64,000 bases of DNA from Polyangiaceae bacterium (lineage in GTDB: Bacteria; Myxococcota_A; Polyangia; Polyangiales; Polyangiaceae), in the NCBI GenBank assembly GCA_044376115.1, contig JBILLK010000025.1, positions 64,001-128,000 on the forward strand, in the 5' to 3' direction. Both the position numbers and the translations under genes were made by a program. The notes under the pieces are model-generated. The model made no database searches, was not told the origin of the DNA, and saw only the letters and a program-made list of their open reading frames with translations. Positions 9,911 to 23,712 of the stretch are shown piece by piece. Each line of letters starts with the position of its first letter. Position 1 is the first letter of the stretch.

Positions 9911-11316
9911 CAGCGCGTGTCCAATGGATCCTTGGGCTTCTTCGACGAGGGCCTCGGGCCTTTGGATTTGGCCTTGGGCGTTACCGAACTGGACGGGCTC
10001 GCCGTTAAGGGCGGCGGGCTGTCCACGGTGGCAGATACGGTGGCAGAGACGACGGGGATGGGGGACGCGGCCGAGGCGGCTTGTCCCGAACTCCCCGCGG
10101 AGCTTAGCGGAGCTTCACTCGAGAGCTCCGCCGAAGTTGCGGGTACTGTGCTGGCGGCGTCTTCCACTCCAGCGCGAGCCGGCGGAGGAACGGTGGGCAC
10201 ACGCGAAAAGGCCAGAATCCCGACGCCGATCCCGATTGCAGCCATCACCAGCAGCAGCAGCGTCCAGACCCAGCCGGAGCGCGGGCGAGAGACCGTCTTC
10301 ATCCGCTGTGGCGCGGAGACCGCGCTCACACTCGAACGTTGTAGCGCGCGGGCGGCCTCCGCTTCCTCCGTTAGGATGCCGCCGGGCGCGGTTACGCCGA
10401 GAACCGGCGCTAAGGCCGCCACGAGGTTGAGCGCGCGGGCGAAGCGGTTCTTCGGATCGGTTGCGGTGGCCTTCTCGAACCATGCGTCGAATGCTGCGGG
10501 GAGGGCTGCGCCGTAACTCGCGGCGCGGACGGTGGCCGGCTCGATCGCTCCTCGCGATACCTTCGAGATGAGACGGTAGAAACCGCCTTCCTCGGCCGAC
10601 TCCTGGTCCCAATAGGGCGTACCCACCAACATCGCGAAGGCCAACTGGCCGAGGGCGTAGGTATCGGTGCGCGAGCTGATCTCCGCTTCGAGCGCGAGTT
10701 GCTCCGGTGCCATGTACAGCGGCGTGCCGAGGAAGCTGCTGGTGATTCGGTCCTGGCGCGAGATCACTTTGGCGATACCAAAGTCGAGGATCTTCACGCG
10801 CGGCGAACCATCGTCACGGGTGGTGATGAATACGTTCTCAGGCTTGAGATCGCGGTGCACGATGCCTGCCGCGTGGGTCTTCTCCAGGGCGAGCGAGGCT
10901 TGGTAGAGAAAGGTCACGACCTCCAGCGGCGTTAGCCGGTTGCGACGCTCGAGCATGCTGAAAAGCTCTTCGCCTTTGAGCAGCTCCATCACCAGGAAGG
11001 GCAGGCCGGTTCTCGCATCGACGCCAGCGTCGAAGACCTGCACGATGTGCTCGCTCTCGACGTTGGAGGCGACCGTGCACTCGAGGCTGAAGCGCGCCCG
11101 CATCTCCGGGTCGCGAACGAGCCCCGGGAGCATGACTTTGAGCGCGCAGTGCCGTCGCGTTTCGACGTGAATGGCTTCGTACACGCCGCCCATGCCGCCG
11201 GTGGAGATGCAGCGGACCACTTGGTAGCGATCATGGAAAACAGTACCGACCAAGAACGGAATCGAATCCGGTCCGGTGTTGGCCTGTTCGGATGGCTCCG
11301 TGGAGGGGCGGTCCAT
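9910..11316 (-). CDS. Membrane-anchored Ser/Thr protein kinase
   Basis: GGMGGVYEA, ALKVM, HRDLKPEN, DFGIAK, GTPLYMAPEQ; one TM and an Ala/Ser/Pro tail. Confidence 0.95.
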   Translation of the reverse strand: MDRPSTEPSEQANTGPDSIPFLVGTVFHDRYQVVRCISTGGMGGVYEAIHVETRRHCALKVMLPGLVRDPEMRARFSLECTVASNVESEHIVQVFDAGVDARTGLPFLVMELLKGEELFSMLERRNRLTPLEVVTFLYQASLALEKTHAAGIVHRDLKPENVFITTRDDGSPRVKILDFGIAKVISRQDRITSSFLGTPLYMAPEQLALEAEISSRTDTYALGQLAFAMLVGTPYWDQESAEEGGFYRLISKVSRGAIEPATVRAASYGAALPAAFDAWFEKATATDPKNRFARALNLVAALAPVLGVTAPGGILTEEAEAARALQRSSVSAVSAPQRMKTVSRPRSGWVWTLLLLVMAAIGIGVGILAFSRVPTVPPPARAGVEDAASTVPATSAELSSEAPLSSAGSSGQAASAASPIPVVSATVSATVDSPPPLTASPSSSVTPKAKSKGPRPSSKKPKDPLDTR

Positions 11317-11422
11317 CACTCCGCAGGGTAACAAGCCTCGCGCCAATGGGCACGAAGTCATCAACCGCGGGCCTGGACGCCCCTGCGTCCAGGTGAGCAT
11401 CCTGTCGCTGCGACGGATTTGG

Positions 11423-14400
11423 TTACTGCTTCACGACGACCCGATCGGTCGCTGTCGCGCCTCGCACTTCGGGGGCGTACATCTCGAAAGCCGAGGTTGG
11501 CGGCAGCAAGAAATCGCCGGGGTGCAGAGCTCGCGCGTAGAAGCTGAAGGTCGAAAGGCCGGCTGGGAGCTGATCGACGAAGAAGAGCGCGCGGTCGTCG
11601 CGTAGCTCGCGGCCGTCCCAAACCCGCTTGGGATCGGCTTGAGGCAGCGCGAATTCGGGATCGGCGTCCATCAGCTCGGGAGCCACCGCTGCGAACCCGC
11701 CGGGCAGCGGCGATTCAATGGCGACACCGAAGCGAGCCACGGGGCTCGCGACCACGATATCGACTCGCACGACCTCCCCTTCGGCAAACGGACCGTCCGA
11801 AGGGTTTACGCGTCGCACGTTGCGCACGACCGTGAGACCTCGCTCGGTCGCTTCGCTCGGAAGCGTCTGGCGCGCGTAATCCAGACGCATTTGGTAGTGC
11901 AAGGTGCCACCGTCTTTCACGTCGAAGGTGACGCGCGGCGAGCCCTTCGTTTGGGCCTCGAGCAGCTCAATCATCGAAAGCTTGATGGTGGACTGTCGTC
12001 CGCTGACCGCTCCGAGCTCGGGCGCCGCCAGCAGCTCATCGCCGAAGAAGGCTCTCGCCTCGAAGGTTTGCGGGCGCTCGCCGCGGCTCTGCTGGTAGTC
12101 GCTGAGCCCGAGCAGCGCCCAGCCGGTCTCGTGTGTGGTTGCCCAACGGCCTCCCACGCGATCCGCGAGCAGGCCTTTGGCAAGCGGCGCTAGCAGCACG
12201 TGCTCGGGCTCGTTTGCGGTGAGGGCTCGGAGCGCGAGGGCGCTGGCCCGCGGCAAGGAGTCCAGCCGCTCGCTGAAGGTCGTTGGGGTGGGTCGTTCGC
12301 TAGGAGCCACGACGCGCGCCGTGTCCCCACTCAGTCGCAGGGACGCGAGCAGCGCCGCCTGCACCTGCTCGCGTTGCAGCGCTGAAGCCTTGCTGCGCAC
12401 GAGCGCGTGGAGCAAGAACGCCCGGCCCGCCGGGGAGAGCTGTTCGCGCTGCTCGATTAGCTGCTGCGCGCGGCCTTCGAGCGGGCGATCGAGCGTCGCC
12501 AAGGCGTCGAGCATCGCGGCGGCGGTCTCCGCGTCGGCTGCGGCGATCTGAGCCTGCAAGTAGTTCCCGGCGCTGAGGAGCACCTGCTCCGGCACCGCCA
12601 TGCCCCGCGTCTTGGCCTCGCCGAGCACGAGCACCGCGTAGGCGGTGAGCCACGGCGCGCTCTGTCGCGAGGCCGACCACAAGCCGAAGCCGCCATCGTC
12701 GCGTTGATGGGAGGCCAGCCGGGCCATCGCTTGTTCGGCGAGGGCCTGCGGGTCGCCGTCGAACTCGAGCGCGAACTGCCGGGCGAACTCGCGCATGACC
12801 ACCAGCGGCAATAGCTGACTCAGCGTCTGTTCGGTGCAGCCGTACGGATAGCGAAGCAGCGACTCGAGGCCTTGGGTAGCGCCGCCGAGCGCCGAGTCCG
12901 AAAGCGAGATGGTGAGGCCACCGACGTCTGACCGCAGCTGCGAGAGATCTCCCAGCGTTTCGGCGACCGGACGTTTGGTTTCCCCGCTGACCACGCTGCT
13001 CTCGAGCAGCGTCGGTAACACGACCTCACCGCGCACGACGAAGGTGTCCTCTGCTGCTTTGCCGGCGGTGGTCGAAGCGTGCACCGTTAGCTTGAACGGC
13101 CCCGCTTGCTTCGCCGACAAGGCGAAACGCACGCGCGCCGGCGTCGCTGGAGAGAGCGTGAGCGTTCGGCTGGCTTCACCGACGATGTTCACGCCCTCGG
13201 CCTCGAGCTCCACCCGCGCGGGGGCCACCGGCAGGCTGAGGTTCGTCAGCACCACGGTGGTGTGAAAGGTGTCCCCGACCCGCACCACGCTCGGAAGGCT
13301 GGGCCGCGCCATCAACGGAAGGCTCGTGGTCACGGCCGTTTCCGCGCTGCCGAAGCGATCTCCATCGGTCGCCACGACGGCGAAGAAGCGATACTTCGTC
13401 AAGCTATCGGGCAGCTTGATGCGATGACGAAGCTGGCCGTTTTCGTCGGTCAGCAGGGAAGGCTCGAACATCACCGACTGGCGAAAATCCGCGCGTGGAT
13501 CTCGACCACTCACGCTGGTTGCGCCCATTCGAAGCGCAGATTGGTTGACCTGCAACCGCTCGCCGATGCGCAGCGGAAAATTTCGCGTGTCGAGCTGCCC
13601 AAGCCAGCCTCCGCGCCGCTCGAAGAGCTCATCGAAGGGTTGTGGCGCTGAGTACATCGCCAGCATCAGGGTGGCCTCATCCGCGCCCCAAAGCGTGACC
13701 TCCGCCGACCGCACCGGATTGCCTGCTGCGTCGGTGACGTCGAGCTTCAACTCGAGATCGTCGCCTGGCGCGGCCGCTTCGGTCTTGGGAGTGAGCTCCA
13801 CAGTGAGTCGGCGCGACTCGGTGGAGATGGTCACCGACTTGCTATCACGCTGGGCCTCGGCCCCGGCGATCGCGGTCACCATGACGTCCACGTTGGGCAG
13901 CATGGCCTCGCTCACCTTGAACTTTACGCGCGTACCCGACGGCGGAAGCTGGAGCATCTGCTCCTCAATCACATCTTCGCGACGCACCGAGACGCGTAGC
14001 GAGGCGGCTTGCTTGAACGGTGAGCGCACTTCGAACGCGGCCTCCTCGCCCAGCTCGAGTTTGTCCTTGAGACCGTAGATTGAAAGCGTGGCTGGCTCGG
14101 GCACGGGCGGGGCAACAGGCTGGGGCTCCGGAGCTGGCTCGACGAAGCGGGTGGTCCAAACTCGCCTGCTCGCGGTGATGAGGTTGCCGCTCGGGTCTTT
14201 GGCCGAGGCAAATAGGTAGAGCTCGTCGAGCCCCGAACGATACTCTCCCTCCGGGGCGGTGAAGCTGCAGCTGCTCGTGCCTTTGGCGAGCGAGCAACCG
14301 GAGATGCGCGACTCCTCGAAGGGGCCGCTCGGCTCCTTGCGCACGCGCCGCCGCAGCTCCAGCTCGATCTCGGCGGTCGTCGCTTGTTCTTCGGTCGTGA

Positions 14401-16900
14401 CAGCGATCGCCTTGGCCTCGAACTTTTCACCGATCACCGCCGCGTCTGCGTCGATACCCAAGTAAAAGTCACCGGGGTGGACCAACGCGCTCTCAGCGCC
14501 CTGCAGTGCGCGTTCGCTCAGATCGTGGATGGCGGCCACACACGTGACCTCTTCGGGGCCGGTCATTCCCGGCAGGAGCAGCGTCTCCTTGATGGCCGCG
14601 CTGCCGCTCTTGTCCAACTGCACCGCTGAATTCGTGAGCGCGAGCTCCGGCTCGGGGCGCGCCTCTTCTCCGAAAGAATAGCCACTAAAGCCGTACGGCG
14701 AGAAGTACGACTTTCTGCGTTCGAGGCGGAGCGAGGCCTTGGCGAAGGCGAGCGGGCCGCCGTTCAGATACTGGCCCTGAGACTTGCATTCGAGCGGTTC
14801 GCCGCGCTTGAGGCTCTTGCGCGAGAGCGTTACGCCGACGGCGAAGTCTGCGGGGTGATACTCCGCGACTTCGAAGCTCGAAACCAAGGTCGAGTAGCGT
14901 GGAGCGCCCTTACGCTCGAGCCGATAGCGCCCGAGGCGGGCCTCGGCTGGCAGCTTGTAGCTCACCGCGAAGCTTCCAAACTTCGTCAGCCGCGACGCGA
15001 GCCTCGCGACGACCTCACCCTCGGGGCCGTGCACCTCGAACTCGAGGGGGAGGTCCTTGGGTGTAGCCAACCCTTGTTCGCTGGGAGCCCGCACCAGGCC
15101 CTTGAAGAACACCGTATCGCCCGGCCGATAGAGGCCGCGATCATTGAACACGCTGGTCATCCATTCGGGCGCGTCGGGGCGGCCGCTGACTAGCTGATAG
15201 TTCCAGTCGTCGCTGAGCTGCGCGAACAGCACATAACGTTGCGCTTCGGCTGCAGGGTCGTCGCTCGTTGGAAAGGCGAGCGTGGCTCGGCCTGTGGCGT
15301 CGGTCTTGGCTTTGACGGTGCTGCTCGCATGCGTGCCTCGCAGCTCCAGCTCGGCGTTGGCAACGGCTGCGCCGCTCTCGCGCTGGACGACCCAAGCGTG
15401 AACCTTCTCGTGTGCGATCTCGGCCATCACCGCCAGGTTGGTGAATTGGGCCTCTTGGCTATCGGACTGAGCTTGTCCGAAGGCTTCGTAGTCGAGTCGC
15501 ACAGCGATGGGCCCGCTGAGCTTGCTGACGCCGAGCAATGTTTGTAGCGGCTCGTGCGAGAAATCGAGCTGGTTGAGCGCAGGATCGTCGAGCTTGCGCG
15601 GGCTCGACCAGGTGAAGCCGTCTGCGCCGCCGCGCAACCTCGCCATGATGCCCTCGCGCGACAGCGTACTCGCGCTGAGCTTCGCTTTCTGTACGTTGAC
15701 CCGCTTGATCGGAAGTTGCAGCGAGGCCATCTGCGGACCGAAGGTCCCTGACATCGATAGCTCGGCGAGCGGCGTGCGGTTGCCAAACTCGAGCGTGGTC
15801 TCGAAGTCGCGCAGCAGCGTCTCTCCTTCATAGTCACGCAGCGAGCGTTTGCCCGAGCGCTTGCGCAGTCGCATGCGATAGCGCTTGGCTGGCTCGAACT
15901 CGCCACGGACGCGCACCGCTGCTTGAGCACCCCCGAGATATTCGTCCGCGAAGCGGAGTCCCTTCACCGCGGGCGTGAGCTCGATAAAGCCGGCTAGTTT
16001 TTCTGCGTCGACGTAGTTCGAGAACAAAAGGCGCGCCCCTGCATCGGGCGAGCAGCGTGCGGAAGCGACCGCTGCTAGCTCGCCCTCCGCCTTCACGCTG
16101 TCGGGCAAACACTGCGCGCCGAGCGCGCGAAACGGTCCCCAGGTTTGAAAGGTGAAGCTATGCGGCGTCGAAGGGTGCCCGCCCGAACTCGACATCATCG
16201 GTCCAACGGTCACGCGAAGCTGTGCGTTTTGGGGGAGGGGCGAACGCAGCTCCACACGAACGCTGCGTCCTTCCGCCTCGACGCCGAGGTCGAACTCGAG
16301 GGCGCGGACCACGGTCGGCTTGGTCACGTCCTCGGCTGGGATGGTCGCCACCACGCTCAGCGCCTTACGCAAATCCTCGATCCCGACGGCCTGGTCGAAG
16401 TGCAAGCGGATCGGCTCGCTGTTCGTTACGCGGGACTGCTCCCCGACCGGCTCGTGTGCGACCAGCGTCGGCGAGGGGGTGGTGAACTCCCATTGGTAGT
16501 CGGCGGCGAGCGCTTGGCCGCTTGCGTCGGTGGCGCCGGCCGGCAGCTTGATGCTGAAGCGCGTGGCGTTGGGGAGCCCGTCGCTGGGCACGAAACGAAG
16601 GGATCGACTGCCGATCCACTCCCAGCGCCCTGCGACCGGCGGGCTCATCTCGAAGGCCGGCACCTTCGCGTCTTGGGCGCCGAGCGCTCGCATCGGTCGG
16701 TTGAACACGATGGCGATCTCGCTCTCCCTGGGCGCATCCCCGATCGGCCCCGCGAAGTCCACTCGCAGCGGCCCGGAAAGCTCTTCATCGCCGGGCGGAG
16801 CGAGCAGCTCGAGGGAGGACCGAACGTTGGCCTCGGGAACGCTCACGCAGGCGTTGAGGAACGACCCAAGAATGAGGACCGGCAGTAGGTTTTTGCGCAC
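11423..16900 (-). CDS. Bacterial alpha-2-macroglobulin family lipoprotein
   Basis: Lipobox LNAC; DRGLYRPGDTV (MG2), LPDSLTKYR, thioester YPYGCTEQ, QRDDGGFGLW, ELRDDRALFF and EMYAPEVRG. Confidence 0.93.
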   Translation of the reverse strand: MRKNLLPVLILGSFLNACVSVPEANVRSSLELLAPPGDEELSGPLRVDFAGPIGDAPRESEIAIVFNRPMRALGAQDAKVPAFEMSPPVAGRWEWIGSRSLRFVPSDGLPNATRFSIKLPAGATDASGQALAADYQWEFTTPSPTLVAHEPVGEQSRVTNSEPIRLHFDQAVGIEDLRKALSVVATIPAEDVTKPTVVRALEFDLGVEAEGRSVRVELRSPLPQNAQLRVTVGPMMSSSGGHPSTPHSFTFQTWGPFRALGAQCLPDSVKAEGELAAVASARCSPDAGARLLFSNYVDAEKLAGFIELTPAVKGLRFADEYLGGAQAAVRVRGEFEPAKRYRMRLRKRSGKRSLRDYEGETLLRDFETTLEFGNRTPLAELSMSGTFGPQMASLQLPIKRVNVQKAKLSASTLSREGIMARLRGGADGFTWSSPRKLDDPALNQLDFSHEPLQTLLGVSKLSGPIAVRLDYEAFGQAQSDSQEAQFTNLAVMAEIAHEKVHAWVVQRESGAAVANAELELRGTHASSTVKAKTDATGRATLAFPTSDDPAAEAQRYVLFAQLSDDWNYQLVSGRPDAPEWMTSVFNDRGLYRPGDTVFFKGLVRAPSEQGLATPKDLPLEFEVHGPEGEVVARLASRLTKFGSFAVSYKLPAEARLGRYRLERKGAPRYSTLVSSFEVAEYHPADFAVGVTLSRKSLKRGEPLECKSQGQYLNGGPLAFAKASLRLERRKSYFSPYGFSGYSFGEEARPEPELALTNSAVQLDKSGSAAIKETLLLPGMTGPEEVTCVAAIHDLSERALQGAESALVHPGDFYLGIDADAAVIGEKFEAKAIAVTTEEQATTAEIELELRRRVRKEPSGPFEESRISGCSLAKGTSSCSFTAPEGEYRSGLDELYLFASAKDPSGNLITASRRVWTTRFVEPAPEPQPVAPPVPEPATLSIYGLKDKLELGEEAAFEVRSPFKQAASLRVSVRREDVIEEQMLQLPPSGTRVKFKVSEAMLPNVDVMVTAIAGAEAQRDSKSVTISTESRRLTVELTPKTEAAAPGDDLELKLDVTDAAGNPVRSAEVTLWGADEATLMLAMYSAPQPFDELFERRGGWLGQLDTRNFPLRIGERLQVNQSALRMGATSVSGRDPRADFRQSVMFEPSLLTDENGQLRHRIKLPDSLTKYRFFAVVATDGDRFGSAETAVTTSLPLMARPSLPSVVRVGDTFHTTVVLTNLSLPVAPARVELEAEGVNIVGEASRTLTLSPATPARVRFALSAKQAGPFKLTVHASTTAGKAAEDTFVVRGEVVLPTLLESSVVSGETKRPVAETLGDLSQLRSDVGGLTISLSDSALGGATQGLESLLRYPYGCTEQTLSQLLPLVVMREFARQFALEFDGDPQALAEQAMARLASHQRDDGGFGLWSASRQSAPWLTAYAVLVLGEAKTRGMAVPEQVLLSAGNYLQAQIAAADAETAAAMLDALATLDRPLEGRAQQLIEQREQLSPAGRAFLLHALVRSKASALQREQVQAALLASLRLSGDTARVVAPSERPTPTTFSERLDSLPRASALALRALTANEPEHVLLAPLAKGLLADRVGGRWATTHETGWALLGLSDYQQSRGERPQTFEARAFFGDELLAAPELGAVSGRQSTIKLSMIELLEAQTKGSPRVTFDVKDGGTLHYQMRLDYARQTLPSEATERGLTVVRNVRRVNPSDGPFAEGEVVRVDIVVASPVARFGVAIESPLPGGFAAVAPELMDADPEFALPQADPKRVWDGRELRDDRALFFVDQLPAGLSTFSFYARALHPGDFLLPPTSAFEMYAPEVRGATATDRVVVKQ

Positions 16901-16948
16901 AGGAGGTGGTCTGACAGCGTACCCCGAACAAAGTTCCGAGCGGCGCGC

Positions 16949-20464
<3,516 letters not shown>

Positions 20465-20511
20465 GGGGGCTGCGGCAGATTTCAGCCTTCCACTTTCGGG
20501 CTCGGTCTACC

Positions 20512-21300
20512 ATGCCCGCGATGAAAACCCCGACCGGCTGGGAGACTGCCTTCGCCGCAAGGCTCTTCGACTTGCTCTCGACGCTCGAGTCGAGCGCCCT
20601 GATCGGGTTGGCCAAGAGTCGCGTCCGCGGTCTCGGCGAGCAGATGGCCTTCGCGTGTCTGGCCCTGGGCGCATCGGAGGGGCTAGCCGCGCTCGAGTCT
20701 TCGGCGACGACGCATCTTTGGGTGCCGGTGGTCGCGAGTCGTACCGGCCATCGCGAGCTCGGCAAAGAACTGCCCTTCGATGGCACGGTGTTGTCTCACG
20801 TCCTCTCGGGCGGGAGCACCTACGCCGTATCGATCGAGCTGGGGGATGAGAGCCTACGCTGCTTCGAGGGCTGGCTCGAGAGCGCGCCAGTGAGCGCGCT
20901 GACGGTGCCGATTCGGGTGGGTGAGCGGGTGGTCGGCGGTGCTGTGTTCTTCGCAGATGATGCGCCGTTCAGCGACGACAAGATCGAGATGGGCGAGCGC
21001 CTCAGTGAGGTGCTCGGGCTCACGGCGGAGGCCTTTTTCACCGAGCGGATGTTGTTCGAGCTGTTCGCCAGCGCCTTGCCGGAGTTGCTCGGTAAAGAGG
21101 CGGCTACCAGCTTGCCGCAAAAGTTGCTCTCGCACCTGCGGACCATGCGCGTGACCGAGGCTTATCGGCAGCGCATCAAGCTAGCGACCACGGTTGGTAA
21201 GCTAACCAGCCGCAGCGCGCTCGAAGGCCAGTTGGCCGAGCAGGTGTTGCGCGTGTTCGAGGGCTACGTCACCTCGCTCGAGGGCGGAGAGCCGGCGTGA
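20512..21300 (+). CDS. GAF-domain protein
   Basis: SALTVPIRVGERVVGGAVF...PFSDDKIEM is a typical GAF C-terminal motif; helical tail. Confidence 0.7.
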   Translation: MPAMKTPTGWETAFAARLFDLLSTLESSALIGLAKSRVRGLGEQMAFACLALGASEGLAALESSATTHLWVPVVASRTGHRELGKELPFDGTVLSHVLSGGSTYAVSIELGDESLRCFEGWLESAPVSALTVPIRVGERVVGGAVFFADDAPFSDDKIEMGERLSEVLGLTAEAFFTERMLFELFASALPELLGKEAATSLPQKLLSHLRTMRVTEAYRQRIKLATTVGKLTSRSALEGQLAEQVLRVFEGYVTSLEGGEPA

Positions 21301-22079
21301 ACGAGCCGCGTGTGCGCGTCGCCGTGGTCGACTCAGGCGTCGACACCGCCCACCCTGCCTTTGCGGAGCTCGCCATTCGGACCTTCGGCGTGGTTCCAAA
21401 AGGCGTTGGGCTCGGCGTAGAGCCCTGTGAGCCCGGAGATGGCAGCGGGCACGGAACGGCTTGCGCGGGCATCATTCACCGCGTCGCGCCCTTCGCCGAA
21501 ATCATCAGCGTGCGCGCGCTTGGTCCAGACGGTCGTGGCTCGCGCGACGCCCTGATCGCCGCCTTGCGGTTCTGCGTCCGTGAAGGTTTCGACGTGGTCA
21601 ACCTCAGCCTGGGCGTCGACATGCCGAAGAACTCGCCGCCGCGCCCGACCGATCAAAAGTCGCTGCTCGATCTGTACGAGGTCGCCGACGAGGCCTTCGT
21701 CAAGAGCGTGATCATGGTCGCCGCTGGACCGAACGTGAGCACGATGCGCACCTACCCAAGCAAAGCCAAATCGTTGATCGGCGTCGGTCGCGGCTCCTTC
21801 GACGACCCGGAGCGACTCGAGCTCTCCTTCACCAGCGACTACGAAGTGATCGCCGCCGGCATGGATGTGCCGGCGCCGCTGGCGGGAGGTGGCGAGCGCA
21901 AGTGGTCGGGAACGAGCTTCGCTTGTCCGCACGTCGCCGGCCATGTCGCGAGGGTGCGCCGCGAGCTAGGCGCTGTCGACGCGGTGACCATTCGCGCCGA
22001 GCTTCATCGATTGGCACGTGCCCAGACCCGCGCTCGAGCGTCCGAGCCCATGAAGGAGGAACTCCGTGAATCCGCTTAA
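21297..22079 (+). CDS. Compact S8 (subtilisin-like) serine peptidase, no signal peptide
   Basis: Catalytic triad motifs VAVVDSGVD, GHGTACAGII and SGTSFACPHVAG; VVNLSLG. Confidence 0.92.
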   Translation: MNEPRVRVAVVDSGVDTAHPAFAELAIRTFGVVPKGVGLGVEPCEPGDGSGHGTACAGIIHRVAPFAEIISVRALGPDGRGSRDALIAALRFCVREGFDVVNLSLGVDMPKNSPPRPTDQKSLLDLYEVADEAFVKSVIMVAAGPNVSTMRTYPSKAKSLIGVGRGSFDDPERLELSFTSDYEVIAAGMDVPAPLAGGGERKWSGTSFACPHVAGHVARVRRELGAVDAVTIRAELHRLARAQTRARASEPMKEELRESA

Positions 22080-23682
22080 CGCACTGCCTCAGCGCCCCGA
22101 TCTCGAACGCCTGCTTTTGTCGCGGCCTGCAGCGGAAGTCGCGGCGGTGCTCGCTGCACTGGCTGCGGAGCCGCTCGAGGCTGCGGCAAGCGCCGGGCTT
22201 TGCTTCGCCGAAGGCTCGCTCGCTTTGCGCGATGGACGCCTCGACGAAGCCAAACAAAAGCTGGAACAGGCCGCTGCATCCTTTGCTGCGTTGGGCGAGC
22301 GTGAGGCCAGTGAGTATTCGCTGATCGAGGCGGCGGTGGCGCGCACGCGGCGCGGTCGGCGCGAGCTCGCGGAGGAAGCGTTGGCCGTGGTCACGCCGCT
22401 GCTCGAATCGACGTTCGAAGGCGTGCGGGTGCGCGCGCTGCTGGTCAAAGGCTCGGCTTTGCGGGTGATGGGCCAGGCTGCTGCCGCGCAAGCCGCGTTC
22501 GTGTCGGCGCTCGAGCTTTCGCGCGGTTTCCCCGAGACCCGCTCGATGGTGCTCAATTCGCTCGGCACCATCTCGGTGACGCTGGGCGCGTTCGGTGCGG
22601 CGACCTCGCTGTGTGAGCACGCCGCGGAGGTCTGTCGCCTGCGCAAGGACGTGATCGGTGAGGCCATCGCCATGGGCCAACTCGGCGCTGCATCGCTCGG
22701 GAAAGGCGATTTCGAGGCGGCCCGTCGCTCGCTTTCGCGCCAAGAGTGGCTGTCGCGCGAGGTCGGCGATGCGTTCGGACAAACGCGCGCGTTGGTCTGG
22801 CTTTCGGAGGTCGCGCTGGATGACGGGCGGCTCGATGACGCGGTCGGTTTGGCCGAACGCGCGCTCACCGTCGCCGGCTCGGTGGAACCCAAGCTGACCA
22901 CGTTCATGGCCTACGCCAACCGCGTGCTCGGTCGGGCCAAGCTGCGCGCCGGCGATCGCACCGGGCTCTCGGCGCTCACCGCCGCCGAGGCGATCTTCCG
23001 TGAGCAGCGTTTGCCGCTGGGGCAGGCGCTGGCTGAACGCGATATCGCGCTCTCCAGCGAGCCGGTGGACTTGTTGCGCGTACGGCGCGCCGCTCAAACC
23101 TTGGCCTCGCTCGGCTTGGTCGAGCGGGTGCTCGAGTCGCTACCGACGCTGAACGCCGCGAGCGAAGTGGAGCTCGCGCTCGCCCAGTCGATGCCGCGGC
23201 GGCTCGAGCCGATGGAGGCCGCGCTGATGGTGTCCGAGCCCACCGTGCTCTCCGACACGGTCTTGCTGCGCATGGCCGCACGCAAGAACCTCGCGCGGCT
23301 GGCGCTGCTCAGCACCGAGGCGGAGGGGCTGCTCGTGGCGCTGGTGCGTGGTATGGCGCCGAACGCGCTGGCGAGCGCCGTGGACCACGCATCCACGGCT
23401 TTCGCTGTGGTCGGCCAGTTGGGCGAGCTCTCGCTGGTGGCGTGGTCCGCGCGTGCGGAGCCGTCGGCGGTCGAGGTGGATCTCGCGCGGCTGGCTGCTC
23501 AACACACGGCGCTGGTGCTGCTTTCGCAGGCGAAGGTGCGTTCGCCGGGCTTTGGTGGCGGTCTCAGCGCCGAGGTGGATGGGCTCGAAGTCGGAGCGCT
23601 GCTTACCGCTTCAACCTCGTCGATGGAGAAGCGCAGCGCGGTTGGGGATCTCGGCGGGTTTGCTGCGCTGGTTGCAAGCTGA
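22066..23682 (+). CDS. Tetratricopeptide-repeat protein
   Basis: Repeated TPR-like helices (LNSLGTI, GEAIAMGQLGAA, GDAFGQTRALVWLSEV); AAGGAGG RBS; overlaps the S8 stop. Confidence 0.7.
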   Translation: MNPLNALPQRPDLERLLLSRPAAEVAAVLAALAAEPLEAAASAGLCFAEGSLALRDGRLDEAKQKLEQAAASFAALGEREASEYSLIEAAVARTRRGRRELAEEALAVVTPLLESTFEGVRVRALLVKGSALRVMGQAAAAQAAFVSALELSRGFPETRSMVLNSLGTISVTLGAFGAATSLCEHAAEVCRLRKDVIGEAIAMGQLGAASLGKGDFEAARRSLSRQEWLSREVGDAFGQTRALVWLSEVALDDGRLDDAVGLAERALTVAGSVEPKLTTFMAYANRVLGRAKLRAGDRTGLSALTAAEAIFREQRLPLGQALAERDIALSSEPVDLLRVRRAAQTLASLGLVERVLESLPTLNAASEVELALAQSMPRRLEPMEAALMVSEPTVLSDTVLLRMAARKNLARLALLSTEAEGLLVALVRGMAPNALASAVDHASTAFAVVGQLGELSLVAWSARAEPSAVEVDLARLAAQHTALVLLSQAKVRSPGFGGGLSAEVDGLEVGALLTASTSSMEKRSAVGDLGGFAALVAS

Positions 23683-23712
23683 AGGTCGGCGAGGTCTGCT
23701 CGCGCTCTGCGG

